Below are positions 35,509 through 47,921 of a DNA stretch of 64,000 bases, piece after piece. The stretch is from contig CM059432.1 of assembly GCA_030390025.1 (NCBI GenBank), positions 35,156,001-35,220,000 on the forward strand. The letters run 5' to 3'. Below the pieces are notes generated by a model. That model saw only the letters and a program-made list of their open reading frames with translations. It did not search any database and was not told the origin of the DNA. The DNA is from Squalus acanthias. Taxonomy: Eukaryota. A program made the translations under genes and the position numbers. Each line of letters opens with the position of its first letter. The first letter of the stretch is position 1.

Positions 35509-36144
35509 TTGCATTTATTAGCTCATACTTTTCCAAATACTAATTAATTTTGTCCCAGATTATTGTTTCTAAAAGTTTCCCACCACCGACTGGCCTGTAG
35601 TTGCCTGGTTTATCCCCCTCCCACTTTTTACACAGAGGTGTAACATTTGCAATCCTCCAGTCCTCTGGCACCACCCCCATATCCAAGGAGGATTGAAAGA
35701 TTGTGGCCAGAGCCTCTGCAATTTCCACCCTTACTTCCTTCAGTAACTTCGGATGCATCCCATCTGGATCAGATGACTTTTCTACTTTGAGTACTACCAA
35801 CCTTTTAAGCACCTACTCTTTATTTTTATTCTATCCAATATCGCTACTGCCTCCTCCTTTAATGTGACTTTGGCAGCATCCTCTTCTCTAGTGAAAACAG
35901 ATGCATAGTACTCATTTAGTAGCTCAGCTATGTGCCCTCTGCTTCCACAAGAAAATCACCTTTTTGGTCCCTAATCAGGCCCACCCTTCCTTTGACTACT
36001 CTTTTACTATTTATGTATTTATAAAAGACTTTTGAGTTCCCTTTTATGTGAGCCACTAATCTATTCTCATACTCTCTCTTTGCCCCTCTTATTCCCTTTT
36101 TCAGATTTTCTCTCTACTTTCTAAATCCCTGTCAAAATCTTAAA

Positions 36145-37260
36145 AACATAGATGTAGAAAAATAGAAGCAGGAGTAGGCCATTCATGGCTGATCCTCTAT
36201 CTCAATACCATATTCCCGCTCTTTCCCCATACTCCTTGATGCCTTTTGTGTCTAGAAATCTATCTATCACCTTCTTAAATATATTCAGTGACTTGGCCTC
36301 CACAGCCTTCTGTGGTAGAGAATTCCACAGGTTCACCACCCTCTGAGTGAAGAAATTTCTCCTCATCTCAGTCCTAAATGTCCTACCCCGTATCCTGAGA
36401 CTGTGACCCCTCGTTCTAGACCCCCCAGCCAGGGGAAACATCCTCTCTGTCTAGCCCTGTCAGAATTTTATACGTTTCAATGAGATCCCCTCTCATTCTT
36501 CTAAACTCTAGTGAATACAGGCCTAGTTGACCCAATCTCTCCTCATACGACAGTCCTGCCATCCCAGGAATCAGTCTGATGAACCTTCGCTGCACTCCCT
36601 CTATGGCAAGTATATCCTTTCTTAGGTAAGGAGACCAAAACTGCACACAGTACTCCAGGTGTGGTCTCACCAAGGCCCTGTATAGCTGTAGTAAGACATC
36701 CTTGCTCCTGTACTCAAATCCTCTTGCAATGAAGGCCAACATACCATTTGCCTTCCTAACTGCTTGCTGCACCTGCACATTTGCTTTCAATGACTGGTGT
36801 ACAAGGACACCCAGGTCCCTTTGTATATCAACATTTCCCAATCTATCACCATTTAAATAATACTCTGCCTTTCTGTTTTTCCTACCGAAGTGGATAACTT
36901 CACATTTATCCACGTTATACTGCATTTGCCATGTATTTGCCCACTCACTCAACTTGTCTAAATCGCCTTGAAGCCTCTTTGCATCCCCCTCACAACTCAC
37001 AATTCCACCTAATTTCGTGTCGTCAACAAACTTAGAAATATTACATTTGGTTCCCTCATCCAAATCATTGATATATATTGTGAATAGCTGGGGCCCAAGC
37101 AGTGATCCCTGTGGTACCCCACTAGTCACCGCCTGCCACCCCAAAAAAGACCCATTTATTCCTACTCTCTGTTTCCTGTCTGTTGACCAATTTTCAATCC
37201 ATGCCAGTATATTACCCCCAATCCCATGTGCTTTAATTTTGCACACTAACCTCTTATGTG
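36145..37260 (-). mobile_element. 5'-truncated CR1 LINE
   Basis: ORF 36416-37303 (GVPQGSLLGP, FVDDTK) and 36202-36441. Confidence 0.9.
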
Positions 37261-37261
37261 A

Positions 37262-38280
37262 ATCATAATCACCCCATAAACTTCTATATTCCAGGGAATA
37301 CAAGCCTAGTTATATAATTTCTCCTCATAATCTAACCTTTGGAGCCTTGGTAACATTCTGGTGAACCTCCGCTGCACCCCTTTACAAATCCATGTTGTCT
37401 CTCTCTAATCAGCTCAAATCTCTCTATGTGCTCAATCACTCTGTCCTTAATTGTAAATTCCAATAACTTCCCCACAACATGAGTTAGACTAACAGGTCTA
37501 TAATTTCCTGAGCTCTCTCTCTCGCCTTTCTTAAATAATGGAGTTACAATTGCAATTTTCCAATCTAAAGGGAAAATTTTAAATCGAGAGAGCTTTGGAA
37601 GATTATGGCTAAAGTATCTACAATTTCCTTCACCTACTTCCTTTAAAACCCTAGGGTGGAAACCATCAGGTCCTGGGGATTTGTCAGTCTTTAGTGCTAT
37701 TATTTTTTCTGATACTGTTTTCTTGCCTACATTAACTTTAGTGAGTTCCAGTCCTTGATTCATTACTAGTTTCCCTGGAATGTCAGGTATATTATCCTCT
37801 TACTCTACTGTGAGCAATATTACCTGCATCAGTTTTTAAAGGGCCCACATTATTCCTGACTACATTTTATCTTCTAATATAATTGTAAAAATTATAGGAT
37901 GATTTGATAGAGGTGTTTAAAATTATGAAGGGATGGGAAGGATGGGACATGATAGATAGAAATTTGTTTCCAGTGATTGAGGGGTCTGGAATGAAGGGAC
38001 ATGGGTATAAAATTAAACATGAAAAACTTAGGACAGAGAGCGGGAGAAATGGTCTTTTTTTTTATGTGGTTGTGAGGCTGTGGAATGCACTATCAGAGAT
38101 TGAAGCAGAGATCATGTCAGCATTTAAGAATAAGCTAGATGGGTGGTTGAAGGGAGATCAAGGGATATGGGAAGAGGGCGGGTACATAGGATTAGGAATA
38201 CTGCTTGTGTGGAGGATAAACACCAACACGGACTAGTTGGTTCGAACGACCTATTCCCGTGTTGTAATTTCTATGTACTT
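37262..38280. mobile_element. Older CR1 fragments (- 37262-37890; + 37895-38280)
   Basis: KSPGPDGFHPRVLKE..GNYRPVSLT on minus; LIEVFKIMKG..VVRLWNAL on plus. Confidence 0.7.
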
Positions 38281-38569
38281 GTATACACAGCCCCAGACTT
38301 TACTCCAGTCCAGATTTTGCAGAATACACAAAAGTAATAGCAGTCAGGCTTGAAATCAAACATTAACAGCTAGAAGGAAAATTACAGATGATGGAATGTA
38401 ATCGGAACAATTAAGCTAACTTCCATCGGTTGACCAGCCACACAGTATATCAGTAAAATTAAACAAAGATGCCGCCAGCTACACAGGTATTCAGGGGGTT
38501 CCATTTCTAAAATTAGGAGCAGCAAACAAACCCTCTGGGCTGGTAGCACACGGGGGGGGGGGGGGGCGG

Positions 38570-41295
38570 TGAAACTGGGCTCAGTCGCGCCCATTTTCTG
38601 GGTACTATAAGTGCCCTTAGCGTTCCAAAATGGCGTCCGCAGCGCATTTGCACACTTCTGACGCAAAGCGCCCCGGACGCCATCTTGGTAAAGAAGTTAG
38701 CACGCGCACTTAACGTCCGCCGGAAGTATGCAAAGCAGGCAGATCATGAAGCGTTGACGCCAGCGCTGCCATTTTGGAGCTCAATGATCCGGCTAATTCC
38801 CTGTCTTAACCTCGCACAGCTGAACAGGCGTTAAACAGCATGAAGGACCCCCCAACAGTGCCATTTAATGGGATCATCAACTACTTACAGGTTAGTTGCT
38901 GGTTTATTTCTTCTGGCTGTTGCTACAATTCTACCCGTTTTTGGTGTTTTCCATAGTTGTTTCAAGTTTCAAAAGTCTACAGGGAGTGGTGTGGCAGGTG
39001 CTAAAGTACTTTTTGCTGACTTCAAGGCTTCTGCACAAACTAGTTGCTCCTAGACATGGGTGCACTAGTAGGCCTTCCTCTTGGAATCAAGCAAGACTGG
39101 CAGAATGAGCAGAGGATACGCTGAGCAGGACAAGCTGCTAGAAGAGGGAGGGAGTAAGGAGAGATGGGCTCTCGGCAGGAGGCCCAGAGCGATCAGGGGA
39201 CAATTCTCCTACCTGAACCTCAGCGATGACCAATGTTTGAGATGTCTGCGCTTCACTAAGGAGGTCGTCACTGAAATTTGCAAACTGCTGTAGCCACAAC
39301 GCCAACCTCAGAGAAGGGCAAGGACCGCATTGCCAGTGGCTGTGAAGGTGACCGTAGCCATGAACTTTTGTGTGTCTGGCTCCTTCCAGGCTGGTGCTGG
39401 AGATATTAGCAACATCTCACATTTGGCAGTCCACTGTTGCATAAGGGAGGTCACCGAGGCTCTCTATTCAAAGAGAGATAACTTCATTTCATTCCCTCTT
39501 GCCAGAGAGAAGCAGGCGGAGTGTGCACAAGGGTTTGCAAGGATTCCAGGCTTTCCCTGGTGCAGGGTGCCATTGACTACGCGCACATTGCTTTGCATGC
39601 GCCTCATGTTAACTCTGCCATGTACGGAACCGAAAGGGATTCCACTCCCTCAGCGTGCAGTTGGTTGTGACCATCAGCAATGCATCATGCAGGTTAATGC
39701 CCGGTATCCTGGCAGCAGTCATGATGCGTTCATTCTGCAGCAGACAACTCTGCTAGTTGCATTTCAGCCACCACGCCAAACCAAAGGGTGGCTACTGGGC
39801 GACAAGGGCTATTCGCTGATGACATGGCTCATGTCTCCGGTTCGCAACCCACGCACACGAGTGCAGCATGCAGACAATGAAAGCCATGCTGCCAGAAGAA
39901 ATCTGATAGAGCAGACTATTGGCGTGCTGAAGCAATGCTTCCGCTGCCTGGACTGCTCTGGAAGAGCTCTGCAGTACTCGGCTGAGCGGGTTTCAAGATT
40001 TGTGGTGGTAAGCTGCATAGCCTTTGCCATCGTGAGGAAACAGCCCTTGCCATCACCTATCAGGCGAGAAGCTGAGGGGCAGGAGTATAAGGAGAGGATG
40101 AGGAAGATGATGAGATAGAACAGGAGGAAGAGGAAGGGAGGCTGCAACCTAGACAGCACCTTTCTGCCCGGGCTGTACGTGAAGAACTAATTCAAATGTG
40201 ATACCAGTAACCTCAACCCCAATACCCCATTCACCAACCTTACCTTCCCTCTGTCACTGACCATCACACCGTCCTCTTGGCCACAATGCAAAAATAAAAG
40301 CCAACACAAAATATGCATTCCAAATCAAATTTATAAATTAAATCATGCTATATTACATACAAACTTAAAATAATCACCCCTGTGCATTTCCTTAGTACCT
40401 GTCTTCCGTGTGCCTTTGCCTGTCCGAGTGCTCCTACGAAGTGCTACCCCAATGGCTGCAGCATGGCTGGTGGAAGGCTGCTGATTTTCAGTGGAGGAGA
40501 CTGCAGATAGCCTTGGAGGACGACCTCAAGCAGCTCCGGGCCTAGAAGGCCTGGCTTCAGACTGCACCATCTCGGCATGGGTGGCAGCAGTCTGGGCTAG
40601 CTGGCTGAAAGGCAACAGCAAGGGCACTGGCGGAGTGGCAGGGGTGGGAGGACGAATGCTGTCATCCTGAGAGAGGACAATAAGTTCGTGCTCCATGGAG
40701 TCACTGCCACTCCCCTGAGGCAGCGCCTCAGCAGTCCTACTAAACTGTTGGAGGACAGATTACTGGACTGCTGCGACACCTCTTTGAACACTGGTATCCA
40801 CAGCCATGATGGCAGCAGTCTTAACTTGCATGACAGCAGTCTGAGCTTCCACTGTAGCACTCAGACTTTTGGTGGAAGCTGCTTGTGTTGCAATGGAAGC
40901 TGAGACATCGGCCATCAAACGCTGCATCATGGTTGGTTCCACAAATGTATTGATGGAGTTGACCACCACTTCCATGCTGAAAAGGATGGGCTCCAAGCTC
41001 TGCACAAAGACCTGTGCCAAGTTGGTGCCCAGACTCCTCCATGCTCCTTGACATTGACCACAGGCTTTCTGGCAGGCTTCCCAATGCACCAAGTATTTTG
41101 TTGTGTACACCCATCAGCCTTCTTCTGTAGCCTGGCCCATCGAAATCCTCATGAGTCCTCTGCAGCAGAGCTGGCACATGTGCTATCTTTGCCCCCTGCC
41201 CTTGCTGCAGTGTACTTGTGCCCGATGTCTCACCACGTGCAGATCCCACCTCTATGCTATCCTCTAAGATACGCACAGTGGCAGTATCTGAGCTG
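38570..41295 (+). mobile_element. Harbinger/PIF transposon remnant: DDE transposase pseudogene (+, about 39105-40200) and convergent second ORF C-terminus (-)
   Basis: LSDDQCLRCLRFTKEVVTEIC; VKVTVAMNF..GSFQ; NARYPGSSHDAFIL; WLLGDKGY; IEQTIGVLKQCFRCLD (HARBI1-like); stop at 39291 and frameshift near 39555. Confidence 0.85.
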
Positions 41296-42355
41296 GTGGC
41301 TGCGAGTGTGGCTAAGGGACAGAAAGCAAAGAGCAGTGGTAAATGGTTGTTTTTCAGACTGGAGGGAAGTGTCCCCCAGGGGTCGGCATTAGGACCACTG
41401 CACTTTTTGATATATATTGATGACGTGGACAGGGCATAATTTCAAAGTTTGCAGATGACACGAAACTCAGAAATGTAGTAAACAGTGAGGGGGATAGTAA
41501 CAAACTTCAGGAGGACATAGACAGACTGTTGAAATGGGCAGGCACATGACAGATGATATTTAACGCAGAGAAGTGTGAAATAATTCATTTTGGAAGGACG
41601 AATCAGGAGAGGCAATATAAACTAAATGGTACAATTTTAAAGGGGTGCAGGAGCACAGAGACCTGGGGGTGTACATACACAAATCTTTGAAGATGGCAGG
41701 ACAAGTTGAGAAAGTTGTTAAAAAGGCATGCGGGATCCTTGGCTTTATAAACAGAGGTACAGAGTACAAATGCAAGGAAGTTATGCAAAACCTTTGGTTA
41801 GGCCCCAGCTGGAGTATTGTGGCCAATTCTGGGCACCACACTTTAGAAAGGATGTCAAGACCTTGGAGAGGGTGCAGAGGAGATTTATTAGAATGATACC
41901 AGGGATGAGGGACTTCAGTTATGTGGAGCAACTGGAGAAGCTGGGATTGTTCTCCTTCGAGCTGAGAAGGTTAAGGGAAGATTTGATAGAGTTGTTCAAA
42001 TTCTTGAAGGGTTTTGATAGAGTAACTAAGGAGAAACTGTTTCCAATGGCAGAAAGGTCATGTAACCAGTGGGCACAGATTGAAGGTAATTGGCAGAACA
42101 ACCAGAGGCAACATGAGGAAAAAATGTTTGCACAGCGAGTTGTGATCTGGAATGCACTGGCTGTAAGAGTGGTGGAAGCAGATTCAATAATAACTTTCAA
42201 AAGGGAATTGGATAAATACTTGAAGGTGGAAAATGTGCAGGGCTATGGGGAAAGAGCAGGGGAGTGGGACTAATTGGCGAGCTCTTTCAAAGAGCTGGCA
42301 CAGGCATGATGGGCCAAATGGCCTCCTTCTGTGCTGTATCATTTTATGATTCTAT
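41296..42355 (+). mobile_element. 5'-truncated CR1 LINE
   Basis: [43 protein letters not shown]. Confidence 0.85.
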
Positions 42356-42649
42356 AGTGGTACAATGATAATCATGGCAATCAATCTCTATCAATTAGTC
42401 TACAAGAGTCCCAGACATGAGGTGAGGAAATCCCAGTGGTGGAGAGCTTTGGGAACCATAGGTCCAAAGTCACCTGTTCCTCCCACTTACCACATGTCAT
42501 GTCTCAAATTACCCATATACTGTATCCCAAAATGTTATTTTCTGAAAGAAATCTATCTAATTTTCAATTGAATGAATGAACACTAACTGATTCCACCGTC
42601 TCCGTAGCGAGCCAGTTCCATAGATTGGCCATTCACTCACTGAAATAAT

Positions 42650-43557
42650 GGCCCCGATTGTAAAAGGCCGGCGGGAACGGTACGCGTGAGCCCAGTAGTG
42701 GGCAGCGCACTTAGAGAGTTTGGGGACGTGGGGGCCTGGCCAATCTTAACAGAGTGGGCCTCATTGAAATAAAATTTCCCGGAGTCCCACCCGACACTGA
42801 ATGAGTGGAAGCAGGAATTTGGCGTCAGGAGGCCACAGCCAGGGACCAGTGGGTCCGGTCCCCAGCAGTCAGTGGGAGGAGGTGACAGGAGGCCACAGCC
42901 AGGGACCAGTGGGTCCGGTCCCCAGCAGTCAGTGGGAGGAGGCGACTGGAGGCCACAGCCAGGGATCAGTGGGTCCGGTCCCCGGCAGTCAGTGGGAGGA
43001 GGCGTCAGGAGGCCACAGCCAGGGATCAGTGGGTCCGGTCCCCAGCAGTCAGTGGGAGGAGGCGTCAGGAGGCCACAGCCAGGGATCAGTGGGTCCGGTC
43101 CCCGGCAGTCAGTGGGAGGAGGTGACTGGAGGCAATTGGGGGGAGCTTCCAGTGCGATTGGGGGAGGCCAGGGCTGGGGAGGCCCAACCACACCTTAGGG
43201 GCGCGGGGGGAGCATTCCTGCTTCTCCTGACCCACAAGGAGTTCTAACAGAAGCAAATTTTTTAAACTTACCTTGGCCTCCTCTGGCCAGCCAGCTCTTC
43301 CCATCGTGGTTATGCTGCTGGGCTGCAGACAGTGCAGGACTCCCCCTGGCGTGAAGTTAATTGTACATTGCGGCGCCGAAGACGTGGGGCTGAGACTTGT
43401 GTCTGCCTGTCTTTAGCAGGAGCCTCGTCGGTGGCATGATTCATCATCATAAAAATTACAGCAGCTGAAAACACAGCGGGTTGGAGCCGGGAGCTCGAAT
43501 TTTCTGATTTTAACCCCACCACTCACCATTGGGCGAGAGGGGGTTAAAATCCCGGCC
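42650..43557. mobile_element. Harbinger-type MITE with internal 60-bp tandem array
   Basis: Imperfect TIRs GGCCCCGATTGTAA / TTAAAATCCCGGCC, TSD AAT (42647-42649, 43558-43560). Confidence 0.75.
42821..43133. repeat. 60-bp minisatellite, about 5.2 copies
   Basis: AGGGA(C/T)CAGTGGGTCCGGTCCC recurs at 42841, 42901, 42961, 43021, 43081. Confidence 0.95.
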
Positions 43558-43970
43558 AATGGTTCCGCAGATTAGTTTTGAATTTATTCCCCCTAAAATA
43601 CAGTCCTCTTTTAAGGGAAGACTAGATAAACATTTGAAGCAGGGGAAGATACAGGGCTCTAAGGAGAGATTGGGATGAATTTAGGATTACTCTAGCAAAG
43701 AGCCGGCACAGACGCGATGGGCTGAATGGCTATAAGCCTCTATAGAACATTGCTGCAAAGAACAATGGCTGTAAAAGTCCTATGTGAAATGAGTTCAGCA
43801 GTCTTAGCCAGCTCCCAGTGGGCGTGGGCCCGTTGAATTAAAATTGTTCCTAATTGACTGTCACTGTGATGAAGGTTGCATGGGAGGGAGTTGCTGTCAA
43901 AGTATCAGGATGGCTGGTGTGTGATATGGAAAAAGAAGACAGACTAGTACAATGTAAGGGGGATTCTTCT

Positions 43971-44875
43971 TTCCGCAGGGACCGCTCCCTCCGCGACACC
44001 CTAGTCCACTCCTCTACCACCCCCAGCACCCCTTCCCCTTCGCCCGGCACCTTCCCGTGCACGCGCAGGAGATGCAACACATGCCCTTATACCTCCCCTC
44101 TTCCCACTGTCCAGGGCCCCAAACACCCCTTCCAGGTGAAACAGCGATTTACTTGTACTTCCTGCAATTTAGTATACTGTATTCGCTGCTCACGATGTGG
44201 ACTCCTCTACATTGGGGAGACCAAACGCAGATTGGGTGACCGCTTTGCGGAACACCTCCGTTCAGTCCGTAAGGGGGACCCCGAGCTCCCGGTGGCCTGT
44301 CACTTTAATTCACCGCTTCACTCCCACTCTGACCTCACCGTCCTCGGCCTAATACACTGTTCCACGGAAGCTCAGCGTAAGCTCGAGGAACAGCACCTCA
44401 TCTTTCGTTTAGGCACGCTACAGCCCTCTGGACTCAATATCGAGTTCAACAATTTTAGATCATAACCTCAGCTCCAATCACATTTATATTTTATTTTATC
44501 CACCCTTTTATTTGTCCCCCCCACCTTTTTTTTCCTCCTAGAAGCTGGCAGCTGTCCTTCATTCTGCCAGTAGATTTCACACTTCATTCAGCCTTAATCT
44601 GTCACATTAACACCACCTCTAGCCTTGCATATCTCTTAATGTCTCTTAATGTCTCTTCATCTCCTCCTTTGTTCCTTTATCCCCTCCCCCTTTTCCCAGC
44701 TTTACCCTGGCCTTAAATCTATTTGATTTCCAGCTCTTCCCAGTTCTGATGAAAGGTCATCGACCTGAAACGTCAACTCTCTTTCTCTCTCCACGGATGC
44801 TGCCTGGCCTGCTGAGTTTTTCCAGCGTTTTCTGTTGTTATTTCGGATTTCCAGCATCTGCAGTATTTTGCTATC
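43971..44875 (+). mobile_element. 5'-truncated Penelope-like element (GIY-YIG end plus pLTR)
   Basis: PCTRRRCNTC..CTSCNLVYCIRCSRCGLLYIGETKRRLGDRFAEH..GLNIEF; 10-bp TSD GGATTCTTCT at 43961-43970 and 44876-44885. Confidence 0.92.
44742..44778 (+). ncRNA. Minimal hammerhead ribozyme motif with GUC cleavage triplet
   Basis: AGTT-CTGATGA-A-AGGTC-ATC-GACCT-GAAA-C-GTC-AACT. Confidence 0.75.
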
Positions 44876-45209
44876 GGATTCTTCTGAGGTTGGGTGAAGC
44901 ACATTGTTGGAAGAGTAAAGGGAGCTTTACTCTGTATCTAATCCATGCTAAACCTGCCCTGGGAGTGTTTGATGGGAAAGCATAGAGGGAGCTTTACTCT
45001 GTATTTCATGCCACATAAGCAGCAGGTAATGACCATCTCAAAATAAAAGAAAGTCCAGCCATCTCCCTCTGACCTTCAACTGCATCAAGTCCCCCAACAT
45101 TGACCAGAAGTTCAACCAGACCAACCATATCAACACTGTGGCTACAGGAGCAGGCCACAGGCCCAGTACGCGGTGATAAGTGATCCACCTACTTACCCCT
45201 CAAATGTTA

Positions 45210-45550
45210 ATGAATTTATATAGGAACCTTGAATGTAAACAAACGTCCCAAGGCACTTCACAGAAGCATAATCAGACAAAAATGGACTGAGCAAAAGAAA
45301 GAGATATAGGACAGGTGACCAAAACTTTAGTCAAAGAGATGGGTTTTAAAAAGGGTCTTCAAAGGAGGAGAGGAAGGTGGAGAGGCAGAGGGCTTTTATG
45401 AGAGAATTCTTGAGTGTGGAGCTTAGATGGCTGAAGATACTGTCGCCAATGGTGGGGTGAAGGGAGGGGAGGATGCACAAGAGGCAAGGGATTATAGGGC
45501 TGGAGAATATTACAGAGATAGGGAGGGGCAAGGCCTGTGGGAGCTGACCC
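45210..45550 (-). mobile_element. L2 LINE 3' fragment
   Basis: Similar to 46450-46870 and 49693-49930. Confidence 0.6.
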
Positions 45551-45718
45551 ACTTCTTCAGATATTTCGCCAAGGGGTAGAAAGCAAATGAGGAGGAGGAG
45601 GAGGATAGATCATGGAGAGGGACTCCAGAGGTAATGGTCCAGCGGTCAGGGAGAGAAGCCAATGCTGGAGATGCTCTGGCCGAGGCCTGCGATCTCAGAC
45701 CCCCCCCTCACCCAACCC

Positions 45719-46130
45719 CCGGCCTCTGATCCCTCAGGCCTCCGATCTCCGAAACTCCCCCCACCCCGGCCTCTGATCCCTCAGGCCTCCGATCTCCGAA
45801 ACTCCCCCCACCCAGGCCTCCAATCCCTCAGGCCTCCGATCTCCGAAACCCCCCCCACCCCCCCACGCCACCCCAGCCTCTGATCCCTCAGGCCTCCGAT
45901 CTCCGAAACTCCCCCCACCCAGGCCTCCAATCCCTCAGGCCTCCGATCTCCGAAACCCCCCCCACCCCCCCACCCCACCCCAGCCTCTGATCCCTCAGGC
46001 CTCCGATCTCCGAAACTCCCCCCACCCAGGCCTCCAATCCCTCAGGCCTCCGATCTCCGAAACCCCCCCCACCCCCCCACCCCACCCCAGCCTCTGATCC
46101 CTCAGGCCTCCGATCTCTGAAACTCCACCT
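45719..46130. repeat. C-rich minisatellite with a 107-bp higher-order unit built from two related subunits
   Basis: TCCCTCAGGCCTCCGATCTCCGAAAC core repeated; ORFs 45781-45978 and 45888-46085 are offset by 107 nt and nearly identical. Confidence 0.9.
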
Positions 46131-46324
46131 GGTCTCCGATCCTACCCTCCCTCCTCTACGCTCCCCGGCTGCAGCCTGGTGTGGAAGGCCTACCCTTCGA
46201 CAGCCAGACAGCCTTTCAAGCTGGCTGGTGAAGCCGGGAAACTTAGGAACAAAATGTTAATGAGGTCCTGCCGTTAAATTTGGCAGGGCCTGAGGGAAAC
46301 CCGTTCTCTCAGGTTTTAACTTTC

Positions 46325-46870
46325 TCAACAACAACAACTTGCATTTCTATAGCACCTTTAAAAAAAGAAAGACTTGCATTTATTTAGCGCCTTTCATGAC
46401 CTCAGGACATCCCAAAGCGCTTTACAGCCAATGAAGTATTAAGTTTAATGTAGAGAAATGTCCTAAGGCGCTTCACAGAAGCGTAATCAGACCAAAAATC
46501 GACTCCAAGCCAAAGAAGGAGCTATTAGGAGGGGTGACCTGGAAACTTGGTCAAAGGGGAGTTTTAAAGGAGGAGACAGGAGATGGAGAAGTTTAGGGAA
46601 GGAATTCCAGAGTTTAGGGCCTTGATAGCTGAAAGCACATCCTCCAATGATGAGGCAAAGGAGTGGGGAATACACATAAAGCCAGACTCGGAGGAACACT
46701 CATTTCTCGTAGGGTTGTAGGGCTAGAGGAGGTTACAGAGATAAGGAGGCACGAGACGATGGAGGGGTTTGAACACAAGGATGAGAATTTTTAATTCGAG
46801 GCATTGGGGGACCGGGACCCAATGTAGGTCAGAGAGCATGGGGTGGGGTGAGGTGAGCGGTACTTGGTGC
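46325..46870 (-). mobile_element. L2 LINE 3' end with a Deu-SINE tail fragment (46360-46440) inside
   Basis: GGCAFSYQGPKLWNSFPK; shared tail CTTGCATTT.TATAGC. Confidence 0.7.
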
Positions 46871-47377
46871 AGTCCCCATGGGAGTCATGGAGCAAAAATC
46901 CATTCCAATCCCTCCTCACAGATTTAAAACCCAAAACCATTTTGTCTTCAATTGCCCCAGGGTAGCTGGACTAGCTCCATTGCTGCAGGAACCGAGGCAA
47001 TAGCGATCTTGCACTACGCACTTCTCAATACAGGAAGGAATCTCACCCAAATGAACCCAGAATACCAAATGAGGGTCATCAGAAGGCCATCCAGGCAGGT
47101 GGAAGTCTTACTTCGAAGTGGTCAGATGGCCCTGCACCAAGTCATTTGGGCTATTCATTATCAAAGACGGAGGGGGGGGGAAAGAAATGTAATCAGAAAC
47201 AGACACCACCAGATAGAGAGACAGATAACATTGCATCCAATCAAGTGTGCTACTATTTTTATTGAATATATTACAATAGCTTGCATGGCTGCAGAAATTT
47301 TCACCATCCCTTCAGATAAAGCTCTGATCAAGTGATAGAGCAGGTCATTCCAAGAAAAATTACCCTTCCCAAACAAT

Positions 47378-47738
47378 TGCACCATCTACAAGATGCACTG
47401 CAGCAACTCACCAAGGCTTTTTCGGCAGCACCTCCCAAACCCGCGACCTCTTCCACCTAGAAGGACAAGGGCAGCAGGCGCACGGGAACACCACCTCCAA
47501 GTGCCCCTCCAAGTCACACACCATCCTGACTTAGAAGTATATCGCCGATCCTTCATCGTCGCTGGGTCAAAATCCTGAACTCCCTACCTAACAGCACTGT
47601 GGGAGTACCTTCACCACACAGACTGCAGCGGTTCAAGAAGGCGGCTCACCACCACCTTCTCAAGGGCAATTAGGGATGGGCAATAAATGCTGGCCTTGCC
47701 AGCGATGCCCACATCCCATAAACGAAAATAAAAAAAAA
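47378..47738 (+). mobile_element. 3' end of second-family CR1/L2-clade LINE
   Basis: [28 protein letters not shown]; tail GCCCACATCCCATAAACGAAAATAAAAAAAAA. Confidence 0.85.
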
Positions 47739-47921
47739 CATTATTAAAAAGATGACAACTCCAGACTCACTACAGCCCTTAATTGTGCGTTTAGGACTTT
47801 TGGCTTCAAACTTTAATCTCCAACCTGATTTGGAATTGCTTACATGCTGAGGTTATCAAATGTAATTCCACCCATTATTTTAACATTTAGGTTTTCTTTT
47901 CAAAAGCCAGACAGCCAGTTC

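Larger units (their letters stand above)
28670..36125 (-). mobile_element. CR1 LINE (28670-29010, 33681-34597, 35509-36125) hosting a Gypsy element and a younger CR1
   Basis: Host text is colinear across both insertions (TTTACTCTAT|CAAAACC; GCTGACTT|GCATTTATT); ORFs 33941-34180, 34337-34564, 35540-35812. Confidence 0.8.

Noticed and set aside
39105..40200. Domesticated HARBI1 gene
   Set aside because: In-frame stop and frameshifts, adjacent second transposon ORF, and related debris at 21583-24018
42821..43133. Regular repeats as a CRISPR-like array or Pro/Gly-rich protein (ORFs 42637-43191, 42801-43247)
   Set aside because: Contiguous 60-bp tandem units with no unique spacers, inside a MITE; open frames follow from a period divisible by three
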